A DNA stretch of 64,000 nt from an uncultured Chloroflexia bacterium (GTDB lineage Bacteria > Chloroflexota > Limnocylindria > Limnocylindrales > CSP1-4), in contig CAVPPB010000003.1 in NCBI GenBank assembly GCA_963707215.1, forward strand, positions 1,600,001 to 1,664,000. The letters are read 5' to 3'. The first letter of the stretch is position 1, and the number at the start of each line of letters is the position of its first letter. The notes beneath the pieces are model-generated. The model was not told the origin of the DNA, did no database searches, and was given only the letters and a program-made list of their open reading frames with translations. Position numbers and translations under genes: made by a program. Positions 29,334 to 40,650 of the stretch are shown here, one piece after another.

Positions 29334-32300
29334 CCGGCTTCCGCCGCGGCCGCAGCGCGCCGGGAGCCACCGGAGGCGGTGGGGCGGCCACGATCGGCCT
29401 CGAGGGCATCCAGCTGGGCCAGGTAGCCACTGGCGCCATGGCGTTCGAGCAACTCCCTCGCCTCGGCGGCACCCTCCTCGGCCAGCCGATCCCCGGCCGG
29501 GGCGACCGCGAGGCAGTCGATGACGCTGATCGCGAGGGCCACGTCGAGCCCGAGCTCCCGGTACCGACGCCAGGCTTCGCGGAACGCGGCCGAGGCCTCC
29601 GTCCAGCGGCCCTCGAGCCCGTCGACCGCAGCCCCCAGCGTCGCTCGCTCGACCCGACCGGCGGCACCTCGCGCCCCGAGATCGTCGAGCTGACGGAGGG
29701 CGTCGGTCGCGCGGGTGGCGTCGCCCAGGCGGATGGCGACCCGGGCGGCGATGAGCAGCGCGAACGGGGCGTTCAGCGGGTCCTGGACGGCCGACATCGC
29801 CTCCTGGTACGCCTCCTCGAACGCACCGGCGGCCTGCGCGTGATAGGCCAGGGCGAGGGAGGCGGCTGCGTGCGTCTGCGGGTCCTTGGACGTGGCCAGG
29901 AACGCCCGCAGCTCGGCCATCTCGTCGCTCGCATCGCGGCCGCGGCTGCCGGCGAGCTCGATGGTCGAGACGAGCACCTGGGCACGGTCGCTCGGCTCGA
30001 GCTCGTCGAGCCGGATCTCGGCCTGCTCGGCCTCGATCCACGACCAGTCGCCGACACCCAACGACGCCTCCGTGACGTTGGCGAGCGCGCTCCGCCAGAG
30101 CGGCCCGAGACCGTATCGCCGGCCCCGCTCGATCGCGTCCCGGCCGACGCGGACGGCGGCCCGCGGATCGTCCTCCATGAGCGAGAGGCAGAGGGTGTGC
30201 GAGGCGCGGGCGCCGGCCGGCCCGTCGCCCCTGGCGTCGGCCAGCTCCAGGGATGCGGAGAGCAGTGCTCGACCCTCGAGGGGGCGGCCGGCCGTGATCA
30301 GGATCCCGCCCTTGACCGTCATGCCCGTGATGACCAGGTCGACGCGCTCGAGCCGCTCGGCGTCGGCCAGGCCACGGTCGGCCCAGTCGAGGGCCGCGTC
30401 GTTGTCGCCGAGCTGGCTGTAGCTCCCCGCCAGTCCCAGTCGGATCTCGGTCAGGACCGGGTCCGGCGCCAGATCGGCGATCTCCGCCTCGGCGGCCGTC
30501 AGCAGGGGGACGGACTCGACGAGCCGACCGGAGAAGGCCATGGATCGGGACAGCGCCTCAATCGCCCGTGCCGTCGAGCGTCGGTCGCCCAGGTCCCGGA
30601 ACCGCTCGACGGCCGACTCCAGGGTCCGGACGGAGGCCTCGAGACGCCCGAGGTTGCGCGAGGCGACGCCGATCCGCTCCAGGAGGCCCGCCTCCTCCGA
30701 GGGATCGGAGGTGACGGCGCGTGCCCGTTCGAGATAGGCGATCGCGCTCTCGTGCGACCCGAGCTCGGTCGCCCGGTCCGCGGCGGCCCGGAGGGCGATC
30801 CGGGCCTGGGCCGCGACCGCCTCACCCTCGGCACCTTCCGGTGCCGCCTCGTAGGCATCGACGTAGTGGGTGGCCAGGACACCGGCGGAAGCCTCGTCGC
30901 CCAGGGATTCGTAGTACCGGGCCGCGGCCAGGTGGCGGGTCCGCCGATCGCGCTTCGCCAGGGTCGAATACGCGACCTCGCGGACGAGGGCCTGGGTGAA
31001 GCCGTACTGGCCACGCTCCGGCGAGCGAGGGTCGGTGTCCAGCTGGAGGATCTCCCGGTGGACGAGGGCCCGGAGCCGGGGCTCCAGCGACGCCTCCGGC
31101 TCGCCCGTGAGCGCCGAGAGGGCGGCGACGCTGAAGGTCTGGCCCAGGACGGCGCCGTCCTGGAGCAGTGCCCGGTCGGCCGGGTCCACGGCGTCCAGGC
31201 GCGCGGCGATCAGCGCGTGCAGCGTGTCGGGGATCTGCAGCTCCCCAAGATCCCCGGTCACCCGGTAGCTGCCGTCCGCCTCCGCCAGCTTGCCGTCCTC
31301 CACGAGCATCCGGATCGTCTCGACCGCGTAGAGGGGGATGCCGTCCGCGCGCTGGAGGATCGCTCGGACGGCGGGCGTCGGGAGCCCGGGGACGAGGCCC
31401 GCGAGGAGCTCGCGCATCGCATCGTCCGACAGCGGTTGGAGGGCGAGCGCGACGAAGTTCCGGCGACCGGCGCCCCAGCCGGGTCGTCGCTCCAGGAGGT
31501 CCGGACGGGCCAGGGCGATGACGAGGATCGGGTAGCCGATCGACCACTCCAGGAGGTGATCGATGAAGTCGAGGAGGCCCGCGTCGGCCCACTGCAGATC
31601 CTCGAAGACGAGGACCGTCGTGCCCTGGAGCGAGATCCGCTCGAAGAACGTCCGCCAGGCGGCGAACAGCTCCTCTCGCCCGCCGGGCGGGGCCTCGCCG
31701 ACCCCCAGCAGGCTTCGAAGGGCCGGCTCGATCCGCCGTCGCTCGGCCTCGTCCGCGACGTACTCGGCGACCGTCGCGGCGATCCGATCGATGGTCGTGG
31801 CTTCGTCGTCCGTCTCGGCGAGCCCGGCTCGGCGCCGGACCATCTCGCCGAGGGCCCAGAACGTGACGCCCTCGCCGAAGGAGGGCGAGCGGCCCTGGTG
31901 CCAGAAGATGTCCTCGCTGACCCCGTCGATGTACTTGAGGAACTCCCAGGCGAGCCGGCTCTTCCCGATGCCGCCCTGACCGGTGACCGAGAGCAACCGG
32001 ACCTTCCGCTCGCGCGAGGTCGCGTGGAGGAAGTCCTTGATGAGCCGCAGCTCGTCGTCGCGTCCGACGAACGGCGCCTCGATGCCCTCGCTGCGGCCGG
32101 TCCCGCCCCGCTCGGCCACGACCCGCAGCGCCCGGAAGGCCTCGACCGGCGCTGGCTTGCCCTTGAGGAGCTGCTCGCCGGCCGCCTCGAAGGCGATCGC
32201 CCCGGACGCGGCCCTCCGGGTCGCCTCGCCCACGAGGACCGTTCCTGGCGGGGCGACCGACTGGAGCCGCGAAGCGGTGTTGACCAGGTCGCCGGCCACC

Positions 32301-32911
32301 ATGCCCTGGTTCGTCGCCCCGACCGCGACCGCGGCCTCGCCGGTCAGGACGCCGGCCCTTGCCTGGAGGGCCTCATCGCCCTCGCGCTTGCCGAGATGAC
32401 GGACCGCGTCCACGAGCTCGAGGGCGGCACGGACGGCCCGCTCGGCGTCGTCCTCGCGGGCGACCGGCGCACCCCAGAGCGCCATCACGGCGTCGCCGAT
32501 GAACTTCTCGACCGTGCCGCCGTACCGCTCGACGACCTCCTGGCAGAGCTCGAAGTAGCGCGACAGGAACTCCCGGACCTGCTCGGGGTCGGCGCTGTCG
32601 GCCCGGGTCGTGAAGCCGACCAGGTCGGCGAAGAGGACCGTGACAAGGCGACGCTCGGTGACCGGCTCGACCGGCTGGAAGGGTCCCGGCTCGCCAATCG
32701 AGGACGAGGTCGGGGCTGGGCCGGCGTCCGGGCTCGTGGCAGGACCCAGCCGGGTCCCGCACTCCGCACAGAAGCGAGCGCCCGGCGGGTTGGTGGTCGC
32801 TCCGCAGGTCGGGCAGGCGACTGCCAGCCGGGTGCCGCACTCGACGCAGAACTTGGCCCCGGCAGGGTTGGCGGCGTTGCAGGTCGGACACGTCACGCGC
32901 TGGACTCCCAT
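29330..32911 (-). CDS. Double zinc ribbon - class III adenylate/guanylate cyclase - AAA ATPase - TPR protein
   Basis: Four Cxx[54 protein letters not shown]. Confidence 0.92.
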   Translation of the reverse strand: MGVQRVTCPTCNAANPAGAKFCVECGTRLAVACPTCGATTNPPGARFCAECGTRLGPATSPDAGPAPTSSSIGEPGPFQPVEPVTERRLVTVLFADLVGFTTRADSADPEQVREFLSRYFELCQEVVERYGGTVEKFIGDAVMALWGAPVAREDDAERAVRAALELVDAVRHLGKREGDEALQARAGVLTGEAAVAVGATNQGMVAGDLVNTASRLQSVAPPGTVLVGEATRRAASGAIAFEAAGEQLLKGKPAPVEAFRALRVVAERGGTGRSEGIEAPFVGRDDELRLIKDFLHATSRERKVRLLSVTGQGGIGKSRLAWEFLKYIDGVSEDIFWHQGRSPSFGEGVTFWALGEMVRRRAGLAETDDEATTIDRIAATVAEYVADEAERRRIEPALRSLLGVGEAPPGGREELFAAWRTFFERISLQGTTVLVFEDLQWADAGLLDFIDHLLEWSIGYPILVIALARPDLLERRPGWGAGRRNFVALALQPLSDDAMRELLAGLVPGLPTPAVRAILQRADGIPLYAVETIRMLVEDGKLAEADGSYRVTGDLGELQIPDTLHALIAARLDAVDPADRALLQDGAVLGQTFSVAALSALTGEPEASLEPRLRALVHREILQLDTDPRSPERGQYGFTQALVREVAYSTLAKRDRRTRHLAAARYYESLGDEASAGVLATHYVDAYEAAPEGAEGEAVAAQARIALRAAADRATELGSHESAIAYLERARAVTSDPSEEAGLLERIGVASRNLGRLEASVRTLESAVERFRDLGDRRSTARAIEALSRSMAFSGRLVESVPLLTAAEAEIADLAPDPVLTEIRLGLAGSYSQLGDNDAALDWADRGLADAERLERVDLVITGMTVKGGILITAGRPLEGRALLSASLELADARGDGPAGARASHTLCLSLMEDDPRAAVRVGRDAIERGRRYGLGPLWRSALANVTEASLGVGDWSWIEAEQAEIRLDELEPSDRAQVLVSTIELAGSRGRDASDEMAELRAFLATSKDPQTHAAASLALAYHAQAAGAFEEAYQEAMSAVQDPLNAPFALLIAARVAIRLGDATRATDALRQLDDLGARGAAGRVERATLGAAVDGLEGRWTEASAAFREAWRRYRELGLDVALAISVIDCLAVAPAGDRLAEEGAAEARELLERHGASGYLAQLDALEADRGRPTASGGSRRAAAAAEAG

Positions 32912-33002
32912 CCCGGTGGAGTCGGCAGCGTAGCGGATTCGGAGGATCGGTCGACAGCGTCGGAGCCCGTCCGAGCGCCGACAGCGCGGCAGTCGCCGCG
33001 GA

Positions 33003-33677
33003 TCAGATCCCGAAGGTGACCCGGAGGTTCTCCCAGTTGACCGCGAGGTCCCAGATCCCGACGCCGATGAGCAGGACGCCGCCGACCGCCTCGATGGCCC
33101 GATGGTTCCGGGTGATGAAGCCCACGACGAGCCGCTGGTTCGCCCCGGCCAGGAGCGAGAGCAGGACCAGCGGAAGCCCGAACCCGAGCCCGTAGACGAA
33201 GAAGGTCAGCAGCCGGGGAGCTGCGTCGGTGACGCCGACGCTGAGGCCAAGGAGCGCGACGATGAACGCCCCGGCGCAGGGCAGGGCCAGCGGACCGAGC
33301 ATCAGCCCGTACAGGTAAGCCTGGCCGTAGGGGTTCGAGACGATCGGCACCGAGGCACCGGGCAGGCGGTTGAACGGGTTCCGGCCGACCAGCAGGAGGA
33401 CGCCGAGGAGGATGAGCACGCCGTCGACGATCGGGATGAGGTAGCCCAGGAGCGATCCCATCGGCACGGCCAGGGCGACCAGGATGACCCCGATGGCGAT
33501 CATCGTCGTGAGGACGCCGAGCAGGATGATGAGCCCCAGCCAGCCCGAGGCCCCACGGCCCTGGAGCCGCGACGCGTTCGCCGAGAGGTAGGCGAGGAAG
33601 CTCGGATACAAGGGCAGCAGGCAGGGGCTGGCAGCGCTGCCGATGCCGAGGGTGAAGGCGAGGACCAGCGTGTCCAT
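33003..33677 (-). CDS. ccdA: CcdA/DsbD transmembrane thiol-disulfide transporter
   Basis: SPCLLPLYP and LPCAG Cys pair; YGLGFGLPL. Confidence 0.88.
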   Translation of the reverse strand: MDTLVLAFTLGIGSAASPCLLPLYPSFLAYLSANASRLQGRGASGWLGLIILLGVLTTMIAIGVILVALAVPMGSLLGYLIPIVDGVLILLGVLLLVGRNPFNRLPGASVPIVSNPYGQAYLYGLMLGPLALPCAGAFIVALLGLSVGVTDAAPRLLTFFVYGLGFGLPLVLLSLLAGANQRLVVGFITRNHRAIEAVGGVLLIGVGIWDLAVNWENLRVTFGI

Positions 33678-33747
33678 CGGTCGTGGTCGGGCGACGGCCG
33701 GGGCCGGGTCGGTCGGGCTCGACCCCGACCGGGCGGCGTCCCGCCGC

Positions 33748-34395
33748 CTACGCCCGGTGGTCCTCCACGAGGGCGAGGATCTGCTCGCCGGACTTCTGGC
33801 CGAACTCGGTCAGGGTCGCCCGGCCGTCCGGGCTGGTCACGATCATCGGGGTGCTCGGCGGGTTGAGGATCAGGTCGCCGAACTCATCGGCCAGGGCCCG
33901 GCTGACCTCCCGGCCCGCCACGGCGTAGACGCCCTCGAAGCCATTGTCCTCGCGGTAGCGGGCCAGGGCCGCCGCGTCCTCGCTCGGGTCGACGGTCAGG
34001 ACGACGTAGGCGACGTCGTCGACCCCCTCCAGCGCGGCATGCGCCTCGCGCTGCTGGGCCTGGCACTTGGAGCACCAGATGGCCATCGGCTCGATGATGA
34101 CGACCCCGCCGGACGCGAGATCGGCGATGCGGAACGTCTGACCGGTCGCGACGTCGGTGAGGGTCGCCGTGGCCCAGGGCTGGTCGAAGGACGCGGCCGG
34201 CGGCGCCTCGGACGCGGGGGCCTCGGAGGCGGGAACCTCGCTGGCCGGAGCGGAGGCTCCCGGGGACGCCGGGGCCGCCGAGGGGGCGACGGAGGCCGGC
34301 GCGTCGGTCTGTGACGGGTCGGCAGCCCCGCTGCAGGCGGCCAGGGCGAGGGCGGCGACGAGGGCGAGCGCGGCGATCCGGAGCGGCGTGGTCAT
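33748..34395 (-). CDS. TlpA-like thioredoxin lipoprotein
   Basis: Lipobox LAAC, Pro/Ala/Ser linker, WCSKC; GAGGA RBS. Confidence 0.8.
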   Translation of the reverse strand: MTTPLRIAALALVAALALAACSGAADPSQTDAPASVAPSAAPASPGASAPASEVPASEAPASEAPPAASFDQPWATATLTDVATGQTFRIADLASGGVVIIEPMAIWCSKCQAQQREAHAALEGVDDVAYVVLTVDPSEDAAALARYREDNGFEGVYAVAGREVSRALADEFGDLILNPPSTPMIVTSPDGRATLTEFGQKSGEQILALVEDHRA

Positions 34396-34531
34396 CGGGT
34401 TCCTCATGCGTGGTCGTCGTCGGGACCGGGGACGGCCCCACGGTCAGGGTTCGGCATCACGGACGGCAAGGATGGACGACCGTCCATGACGGCTCCGTGA
34501 CGAAGATCACGCGGCCGCCTACGATCCCCGG

Positions 34532-35479
34532 ATGAGCGAGACCCCGCACCACACCCTGATGACCGTCCACGCCCACCCCGACGACGAATCGATCGGGACC
34601 GGCGGGACGATGGCGAAGGCGGTCGCCGACGGCCACCGGGTCGTCCTCGTGACCTGCACCCGGGGCGAGCTCGGCGAGATCGTCGTCCCGGCGCTCGACA
34701 CGCCCGACAACTACCGGCGCCTCGGCGAGCTGCGGGCGGCCGAGCTCGAGGCTGCCATGGCCGAGCTCGGCGTGACCGAGTGGGAGAACCTCGGCTACCG
34801 CGACTCGGACATGATGGGGCGCGTCGGGAACCTCGATCCGCGGTGCTTCTGGCAGGCCGACCTGGACGAGGCGATCGGTCGGCTCGTCTGGCTGGTCCGC
34901 CGCTACCGACCGGACGTGATGACCACGTACAACGACTTCGGCGGCTACGGCCACCCGGACCATATCCGGACCCACGAAGTGGCCATCGGCGCGTTCGCGC
35001 GGGCCGGGGATCCGGCCTGGTACCCGGAGCAGGTCGCGTCCGAGCACGGCGGCACCGGTCCGGCCGAGGCCGACGGCGGCCTGGCCCCATGGGCGCCGAG
35101 CAAGCTCTACGAGCAGGCCATCCCTGCCTCGGTCCGCCTGGCCATGGCCGAGGCCCTCGAGGAGCTGGGGCGCGACCACCCCTGGCGGCCGCCGGACGCG
35201 GCGTCGGCCGGGGAGCTGGCCGCTTTCGAGGCGCGGATGGCGCGGATGCTCGTCCCCGACGAGGCCGTCACGACCTGGATCGACCTGGCCGGAGCGCCCC
35301 TGGAGGCGAAGTGGCGGGCGGTCGGCCGCCACGTGACCCAGATGGCCCCGGACAGCTTCTTCCTCGCCGCCGGTCTCGAGGGCTGGCAACGCTGGTGGGA
35401 CCGCGAGGCCTTCGTCCTGCGCGAGAGCCGGGTCCCGACGACCACCCCGGAGGACGACCTCTTCGCCGGCCTGCCCTGA
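34532..35479 (+). CDS. PIG-L family deacetylase (MshB/Mca-like)
   Basis: VHAHPDDE, TCTRGELGE, LGYRDSDM, YGHPDH, DLFAGL. Confidence 0.88.
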   Translation: MSETPHHTLMTVHAHPDDESIGTGGTMAKAVADGHRVVLVTCTRGELGEIVVPALDTPDNYRRLGELRAAELEAAMAELGVTEWENLGYRDSDMMGRVGNLDPRCFWQADLDEAIGRLVWLVRRYRPDVMTTYNDFGGYGHPDHIRTHEVAIGAFARAGDPAWYPEQVASEHGGTGPAEADGGLAPWAPSKLYEQAIPASVRLAMAEALEELGRDHPWRPPDAASAGELAAFEARMARMLVPDEAVTTWIDLAGAPLEAKWRAVGRHVTQMAPDSFFLAAGLEGWQRWWDREAFVLRESRVPTTTPEDDLFAGLP

Positions 35480-35496
35480 GCCGACCAGGAAAGGCT

Positions 35497-35528
35497 GACG
35501 CCCCGTCCGGGCGGGAGGACGGGGCGTC
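35497..35528. terminator. GC-rich hairpin between convergent PIG-L gene and tRNA-Asp
   Basis: GACGCCCCGTCC-n8-GGACGGGGCGTC, 12-bp stem. Confidence 0.7.
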
Positions 35529-35547
35529 GGGATATGCGGGGATCGGA

Positions 35548-35624
35548 TGGCGGACCCGACCGGATTCGAACCGGCGATCTCCAGCGTGACAGGCTGGCAT
35601 GTTGGGCCGCTACACCACGGGTCC
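35548..35624 (-). tRNA. tRNA-Asp(GTC)
   Basis: Acceptor GGACCCG/CGGGTCC, anticodon arm CCAGC-CTGTCAC-GCTGG, TTCGAAT, encoded CCA. Confidence 0.97.
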
Positions 35625-35764
35625 GCGGCCGGCAGCGAAGGATAGCAGAGGCCGTCCGGACCGTCACGCGCGGCCGAGGCCTCGGGCAGGGCGTCGGACC
35701 TGGCCCGGGCGTCCGCTCGCGGCCGCCGGCAGCCTCGGAGGCTGACCGGCGCTATCCTCGCCCG

Positions 35765-36884
35765 GTGAACCCCATCGACCTGCGGTCCGACACCGTCACT
35801 AAGCCCAGCCCGGAGATGCGCCGGGCGATGGCCGAGGCCGAGGTCGGCGACGACGTGTTCGGCGACGACCCCACCGTCATCGCCCTGGAGGAGCGGGCAG
35901 CCGAGCTCCTCGGCAAGGAGGCGGGGCTCTTCGTCGCTTCAGGGACCATGGGCAACCTCGTCGCCCAGATGGCCCATCTCGCCCGGGGCCAGGAGATGAT
36001 CACCGGTCGCCAGGGTCACATCGTCCTCGACGAGGCGGCCGGCCACGCGGTCGTCGTCGGAGCCAGCGCCCGGGCCCTCGACGAGCGCCCCGACGGAACG
36101 CTCGATCCGGCTGCCGTGGCCGATGCCTTCCGGGATGCCACCGACCCGCACCATCCGATCACCGGGCTGGTCATCCTGGAGAACACCCACGCCCACTCCG
36201 GCGGTCGGCCGCTGACCGCGGCGTACGAGGCGGTCGTCGCCGCCGTCGCCCGCGAGCGAGGCGTCCCGCTGCACGTCGACGGAGCCCGCTTCTTCAACGC
36301 GACCGTCGCCCTGGGCATCGCGCCGAGCGAGCTGGCCGCCCCCGCCGACACCGTCTCGTTCTGCCTGTCCAAGGGGCTCGCCTGCCCGGTCGGCTCGGTG
36401 GTCGTCGGAAGCCGCGACGTCATCTGGCGAGCCCGTCGCGCGCGCAAGCTGCTGGGTGGCGGGATGCGGCAGGTCGGCGTGCTGGCGGCGCCCGGGCTCG
36501 TCGCCCTGCGCGACGGCCCGACCGGGATGATCGAACGCCTCGCCGAGGACCACGCCAACGCCCGCACCCTGGCCGAGGCGCTGGCCGGGATGGACGGCAT
36601 CCGCTCGCCCGGCGACATCGCCCAACCGGAGCCCGGACGGCTGGATCCCGACCGCACGGTCACCAACTTCGTCCTCTTCCGGGTCGACCGCGACCGGGCC
36701 GCCTTCCTCGAGGCCCTGGAGCGACGGGGCGTGCTTATGGATTGGTATCCTCACGGCCAGGTCCGGGCCGTCACCCACTACGGCATCGAGGCCGCCGACG
36801 TGGACGCGACGATCCGCGCCGTCCGCGAGTCCCTCGCCGAGACCTCGGCCCCGCGACGCCGCGTCGGTCGGCCCGACGAGCTGA
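35765..36884 (+). CDS. ltaE: Low-specificity L-threonine aldolase (no in-frame stop before the next gene; end approximate)
   Basis: [41 protein letters not shown]. Confidence 0.88.
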
Positions 36885-36910
36885 CCGACCACCCTCAGCG
36901 GAGAGAGACC

Positions 36911-38611
36911 ATGGCCCATCCCGCGACCGTCCCGCTGCCGCGCCCCGAGTCGCCCGAGGGCGCCGGCCCGCTCGACGACCGGTTCTACGACCTCGTTGAG
37001 GCGCGCTTCCGGCGCGTCCTCCAGGAGGAGCCGGTCTACGCGACGATCGTCGGCCTTCACGACCTCGACGACCGCTGGGGTGACGGCAGCCGGGAGGCCC
37101 TCCTGGGGCGCGTCGGGGCGGACCGGACGCATCTCGCCGAGGTCGAGGCCATCGACCCGGCCGGGCTCTCCCCGAGCGCCCGGTTCGAGCGAGATCTGGA
37201 GATCCACAACGTCCGCCGCGAGCTCTTCGACGCCGAGGAGGTGCGGCGCTGGGAGCGCCGCTCGACCGCCCTCGACCTCGTCGGCGACGCGCTCTTCCTG
37301 GGCTTCGCCCGTGACTTCGCGCCGCTGCCCGAGCGCCTCGAGCGGCTGGCCGACCGGATGTCGGCCATCCCGGGGATGCTCGAGGAGCACCGGACCCGGG
37401 CGACGGTCCCCCAGGTCCGGCTCTGGCAGCAGATCGAGATCGAGGCGGCCGAGGACCTGCCGTCCTTCATCGACGAGATCGTCGCCGCCGGGCAGCAGAC
37501 CCTCGACGAGGCCGGTCGGCGCCGGCTCGAGGCCGCGGCCGAGACGGCCCGGGTCGCTATCGGCGCCTACGCCGACGACCTGCGGGCGACGCTGGCCGGC
37601 GGGACCGACGACTGGCCCCTGGGCCGCGAGCGCTACGACGAGCTGGTCCGACTTCGGGCCTTCGACGGGCTCGACGCGGACGCCATCCTCGAGATCGGCC
37701 GGGCCCAGCTCGCCGAGCAGAAGGCGGCCCGCATCGCCGTCGCCCGGGAGATCGACCCGGCGGTCGACGAAGCGACCGTCGTTGACCGAGTGAAGCGCGA
37801 CCAGCCCGAGTCCTTCGAGGCCGCCCTGGACGCGTACCGGGACGCCATGGACCGGGCCCGGGCCCATCTCATCGCCAACGACCTCGTCACGGTCCCCGAC
37901 GACGAGCGGATCGAGGTCGTAGAGACGCCCGCCTACCTGCGCAACGTCATCCCCTTCGCGGCCTACTTCGATCCGCCGCGCTTCGACGCGCAGCCGACGG
38001 GGATCTACATCGTCACCCGATCGGTCGGCGGCGACCCGGGAGCGATGCGCGAGCACAATCGAAGCTCGATCAGCAACACCAGCATCCACGAGGCCTACCC
38101 GGGCCACCATCTCCAGCTGGCCGTCGCCGGCAGGCATCCCTCGCTGACCCGCTTCATGGCCGACGCGCCGGAGTTCGTCGAGGGCTGGGGCATGTACTCC
38201 GAGCAGATGATGCGCGAGGAGGGCTTCGACGACTCGGCCCGCTTCCGGCTGACGATGCACACCGACGCCATCTGGCGGGCCTGCCGGATCGTCCTCGACA
38301 TCGGCATGCACCGGGGCGAGTTCTCGATCGATGAGGCCACCGACTTCCTGGTCGAGCACACCTCGTTCCAGGCGTCGAATGCGCGGGCCGAAGTGCTCCG
38401 CTACTCGTACACCCCGACCTACAACTTCTCCTACCTGCTCGGCAAGGTCCTGATCCTCCAGCTCCGCGAGGACCAGCGGCAGCGCCTGGGTGCCGACTTC
38501 TCGCTGCGCGGCTTCCACGACGCGCTCCTCCGGGCAGGCAGCATCCCCATCAGCTTCCACCGGCGCCTGCTCGACGGACCGGGCGAGGGCCCGCTCGGAG
38601 GGTCGGCGTGA
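36911..38611 (+). CDS. DUF885 family metallopeptidase-like protein
   Basis: HEAYPGHH, FVEGWGMYSE, YLLGK, FHDALL; purine-rich RBS before ATG36911. Confidence 0.85.
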   Translation: MAHPATVPLPRPESPEGAGPLDDRFYDLVEARFRRVLQEEPVYATIVGLHDLDDRWGDGSREALLGRVGADRTHLAEVEAIDPAGLSPSARFERDLEIHNVRRELFDAEEVRRWERRSTALDLVGDALFLGFARDFAPLPERLERLADRMSAIPGMLEEHRTRATVPQVRLWQQIEIEAAEDLPSFIDEIVAAGQQTLDEAGRRRLEAAAETARVAIGAYADDLRATLAGGTDDWPLGRERYDELVRLRAFDGLDADAILEIGRAQLAEQKAARIAVAREIDPAVDEATVVDRVKRDQPESFEAALDAYRDAMDRARAHLIANDLVTVPDDERIEVVETPAYLRNVIPFAAYFDPPRFDAQPTGIYIVTRSVGGDPGAMREHNRSSISNTSIHEAYPGHHLQLAVAGRHPSLTRFMADAPEFVEGWGMYSEQMMREEGFDDSARFRLTMHTDAIWRACRIVLDIGMHRGEFSIDEATDFLVEHTSFQASNARAEVLRYSYTPTYNFSYLLGKVLILQLREDQRQRLGADFSLRGFHDALLRAGSIPISFHRRLLDGPGEGPLGGSA

Positions 38612-39309
38612 TCGTCATCCCGTCGATCGACCTGACCGCGGGACGGTCTCGGTTGGTCTGGTGGCCCGGCGCATCGACCGGCAGCGGGGCCCCGACCGAT
38701 CGGCCGGAGATCATCGCTGCCCGGCTGGTCGAGGCTGGGGCGCGGCAGCTCCACCTCGTTGATTTCGAGGGTGCCCGGGCCGGACAGCCCGGGAACCTGG
38801 AGGCCATCGCCCGGATCGCGGAGCGCGTGGCGGTACCGCTCCAGGTCGCGGGTGGGCTCGAGTCGGCGGACGCGGTCCGCCTGGCCTTCGCCGCCGGAGC
38901 GACTCGAGCGGTCGCCTCCCTGGCCATCGCCGATCGCCCCGAGGACCTGCGCGAGTGCCTCGCGGTCGCCGGGGATTGGCTGGCCGTCGGCCTCGACCCG
39001 CGCCCCGAACGCCTCGCGGCGTTCGCCTGGCGCCGGGATGCGCCGCCCACGCCCGACGGGCTCCTCGGCGAGCTGATGAGCGCCGGCGTCCGCCGCTTCA
39101 TCCTCTCCCACGGCGGATCCGAGGCGGACGTCGCCCGGCTGGCCGCCCTCGCCGCCACCTACGACGCCGAGCTCCTCGTCGCCGGCGGCGTCAGCGATCT
39201 TGCCACCCTTGGGCGCCTTCGGGAGGCCGGCGTCGCCGGGGTCATCCTCGGGGAGCCGCTCTTCTCGGGCGCCATCGACCTGCCAGCCGCCCTGGAGACC
39301 GCCGCATGA
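38608..39309 (+). CDS. HisA/HisF-like TIM-barrel protein
   Basis: VIPSID, LHLVD, QVAGGL, VGLD, VAGG, VILGEPL. Confidence 0.8.
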   Translation: MIVIPSIDLTAGRSRLVWWPGASTGSGAPTDRPEIIAARLVEAGARQLHLVDFEGARAGQPGNLEAIARIAERVAVPLQVAGGLESADAVRLAFAAGATRAVASLAIADRPEDLRECLAVAGDWLAVGLDPRPERLAAFAWRRDAPPTPDGLLGELMSAGVRRFILSHGGSEADVARLAALAATYDAELLVAGGVSDLATLGRLREAGVAGVILGEPLFSGAIDLPAALETAA

Positions 39310-40025
39310 ACCGACGCGCCCGATCGTCCGCCCTCGGCCTGGTGGCCGTCGCCCTGCTGGCCGCCGGCTGCACGAGCGGGGGCCTGCCCTCGATCCCCGA
39401 CGCGACCCCCGCCCCCTCGGCCACCCCGGAGCCCTCGGCGCATCCGTCGATCGAGCCGTCACCGGTCATCGCGGGTTGCCCGACGAGCCAACCCGAACCC
39501 CTCCCGGCCGGCGAGGTCCGTGACGTCACCATCGAGACGAGCCAGGGCTCGATGGTCATCCGGGTCGAGGGCGACCTGTCGCCGATCGCCGCCGGCAACT
39601 TCGTTGCGCTGGCCGAGTGCGGCTACTACGACGGGGTCGTCTTCCACCGCCTGGTCCCGGGATTCGTCATCCAGGGCGGCGACGGGGTCAACGGCCGGGC
39701 CCCTGACGTCGTGGCGGATCTCGTCGGGACCGGCGGGCCCGGCTACACCATCGAGGACGAGCCGGTTACAGCCCGCTACGAGCGGGGTGTGGTCGCCATG
39801 GCTCGCACGCCGGCCCCGAACAGCCAGGGCTCCCAGTTCTTCATCGTGCTCGACGACCAGGCCGAGCGGGCCCTCGCGGACTACAACACCTACGCCATCT
39901 TCGGTCATGTGACGGAGGGCATGGACACGGTGGACACCATCGCCGCCATGCCGAACAGCGGTCCGCCGAGCAACGCGGCGCTCGAGCCCGTCGCGATGGA
40001 CGCGGTCACCGTCAGCACCCCCTGA
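39306..40025 (+). CDS. Cyclophilin-type PPIase, lipoprotein
   Basis: Lipobox AAGC, YYDGVVFHRLVPGFVIQGGD, SQGSQFFI. Confidence 0.9.
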   Translation: MNRRARSSALGLVAVALLAAGCTSGGLPSIPDATPAPSATPEPSAHPSIEPSPVIAGCPTSQPEPLPAGEVRDVTIETSQGSMVIRVEGDLSPIAAGNFVALAECGYYDGVVFHRLVPGFVIQGGDGVNGRAPDVVADLVGTGGPGYTIEDEPVTARYERGVVAMARTPAPNSQGSQFFIVLDDQAERALADYNTYAIFGHVTEGMDTVDTIAAMPNSGPPSNAALEPVAMDAVTVSTP

Positions 40026-40057
40026 CCACCGAGCAGCACTACGGAAGGAGGCCCAGC

Positions 40058-40519
40058 ATGGCCAAGGCCACGATCGGAACCACCAAGGGCGACATCGAGG
40101 TCGAGATCTTCACCGACGGCGCCCCCAAGGCGGCCAACAACTTCCTGGACCTGGCCGAGAAGGGCTTCTACGACGGTGTGATCTTCCACCGCATCGTCCC
40201 CGGCTTCGTCATCCAGGGCGGGGACCCCACGGGAACCGGGCGTGGCGGGCCTGGCTACCAGTTCGAGGACGAGCCGGTCGTCGGGGAGTACGTCAGGGGC
40301 GCCCTTGCCATGGCCAATGCCGGCCCGAACACCAACGGCAGCCAGTTCTTCATCTGCCTCGAGGATCTGACCGGGCGGCTTCCGAAGCAGTACACGCTCT
40401 TCGGCCAGGTGACCAGGGGTCTCGACGTCGTCGACGCGATCGCCGCCGGCCCCACCGGCGCTGGGGATCGACCGGTGGACCCGGTCGCCATGACCGCGAT
40501 CAGCGTCCTGGAGCGGTAG
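40058..40519 (+). CDS. Cyclophilin-type PPIase, cytoplasmic
   Basis: FYDGVIFHRIVPGFVIQGGDP, AMANAGPNTNGSQFF; GGAGG RBS. Confidence 0.95.
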   Translation: MAKATIGTTKGDIEVEIFTDGAPKAANNFLDLAEKGFYDGVIFHRIVPGFVIQGGDPTGTGRGGPGYQFEDEPVVGEYVRGALAMANAGPNTNGSQFFICLEDLTGRLPKQYTLFGQVTRGLDVVDAIAAGPTGAGDRPVDPVAMTAISVLER

Positions 40520-40650
40520 CCTGCGGCCGGCGCTGCGGCTGCGCGGCGACCCCCGGGACGGCCTCCGCATCGCACCGCGTCACCCCCTCGAGCCCGCGCG
40601 GCATCCGGCGAATGGTTAAGGGATATTCACCGAACTTGCGTCCAAATCCC

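Noticed and set aside
29438-33019. 1193-aa plus-strand ORF and similar long antisense ORFs (35939-38560, 22707-25214, 61173-63293)
   Set aside because: Stop-poor shadow frames of real genes in high-GC DNA; no recognisable motifs.
34200-34310. Repeated APASE-type coding units
   Set aside because: Ordinary low-complexity lipoprotein linker.
35534-35764. 5' extension of the 1025-aa ORF
   Set aside because: Overlaps tRNA-Asp antisense; ltaE starts at GTG35765 after a -10 box.
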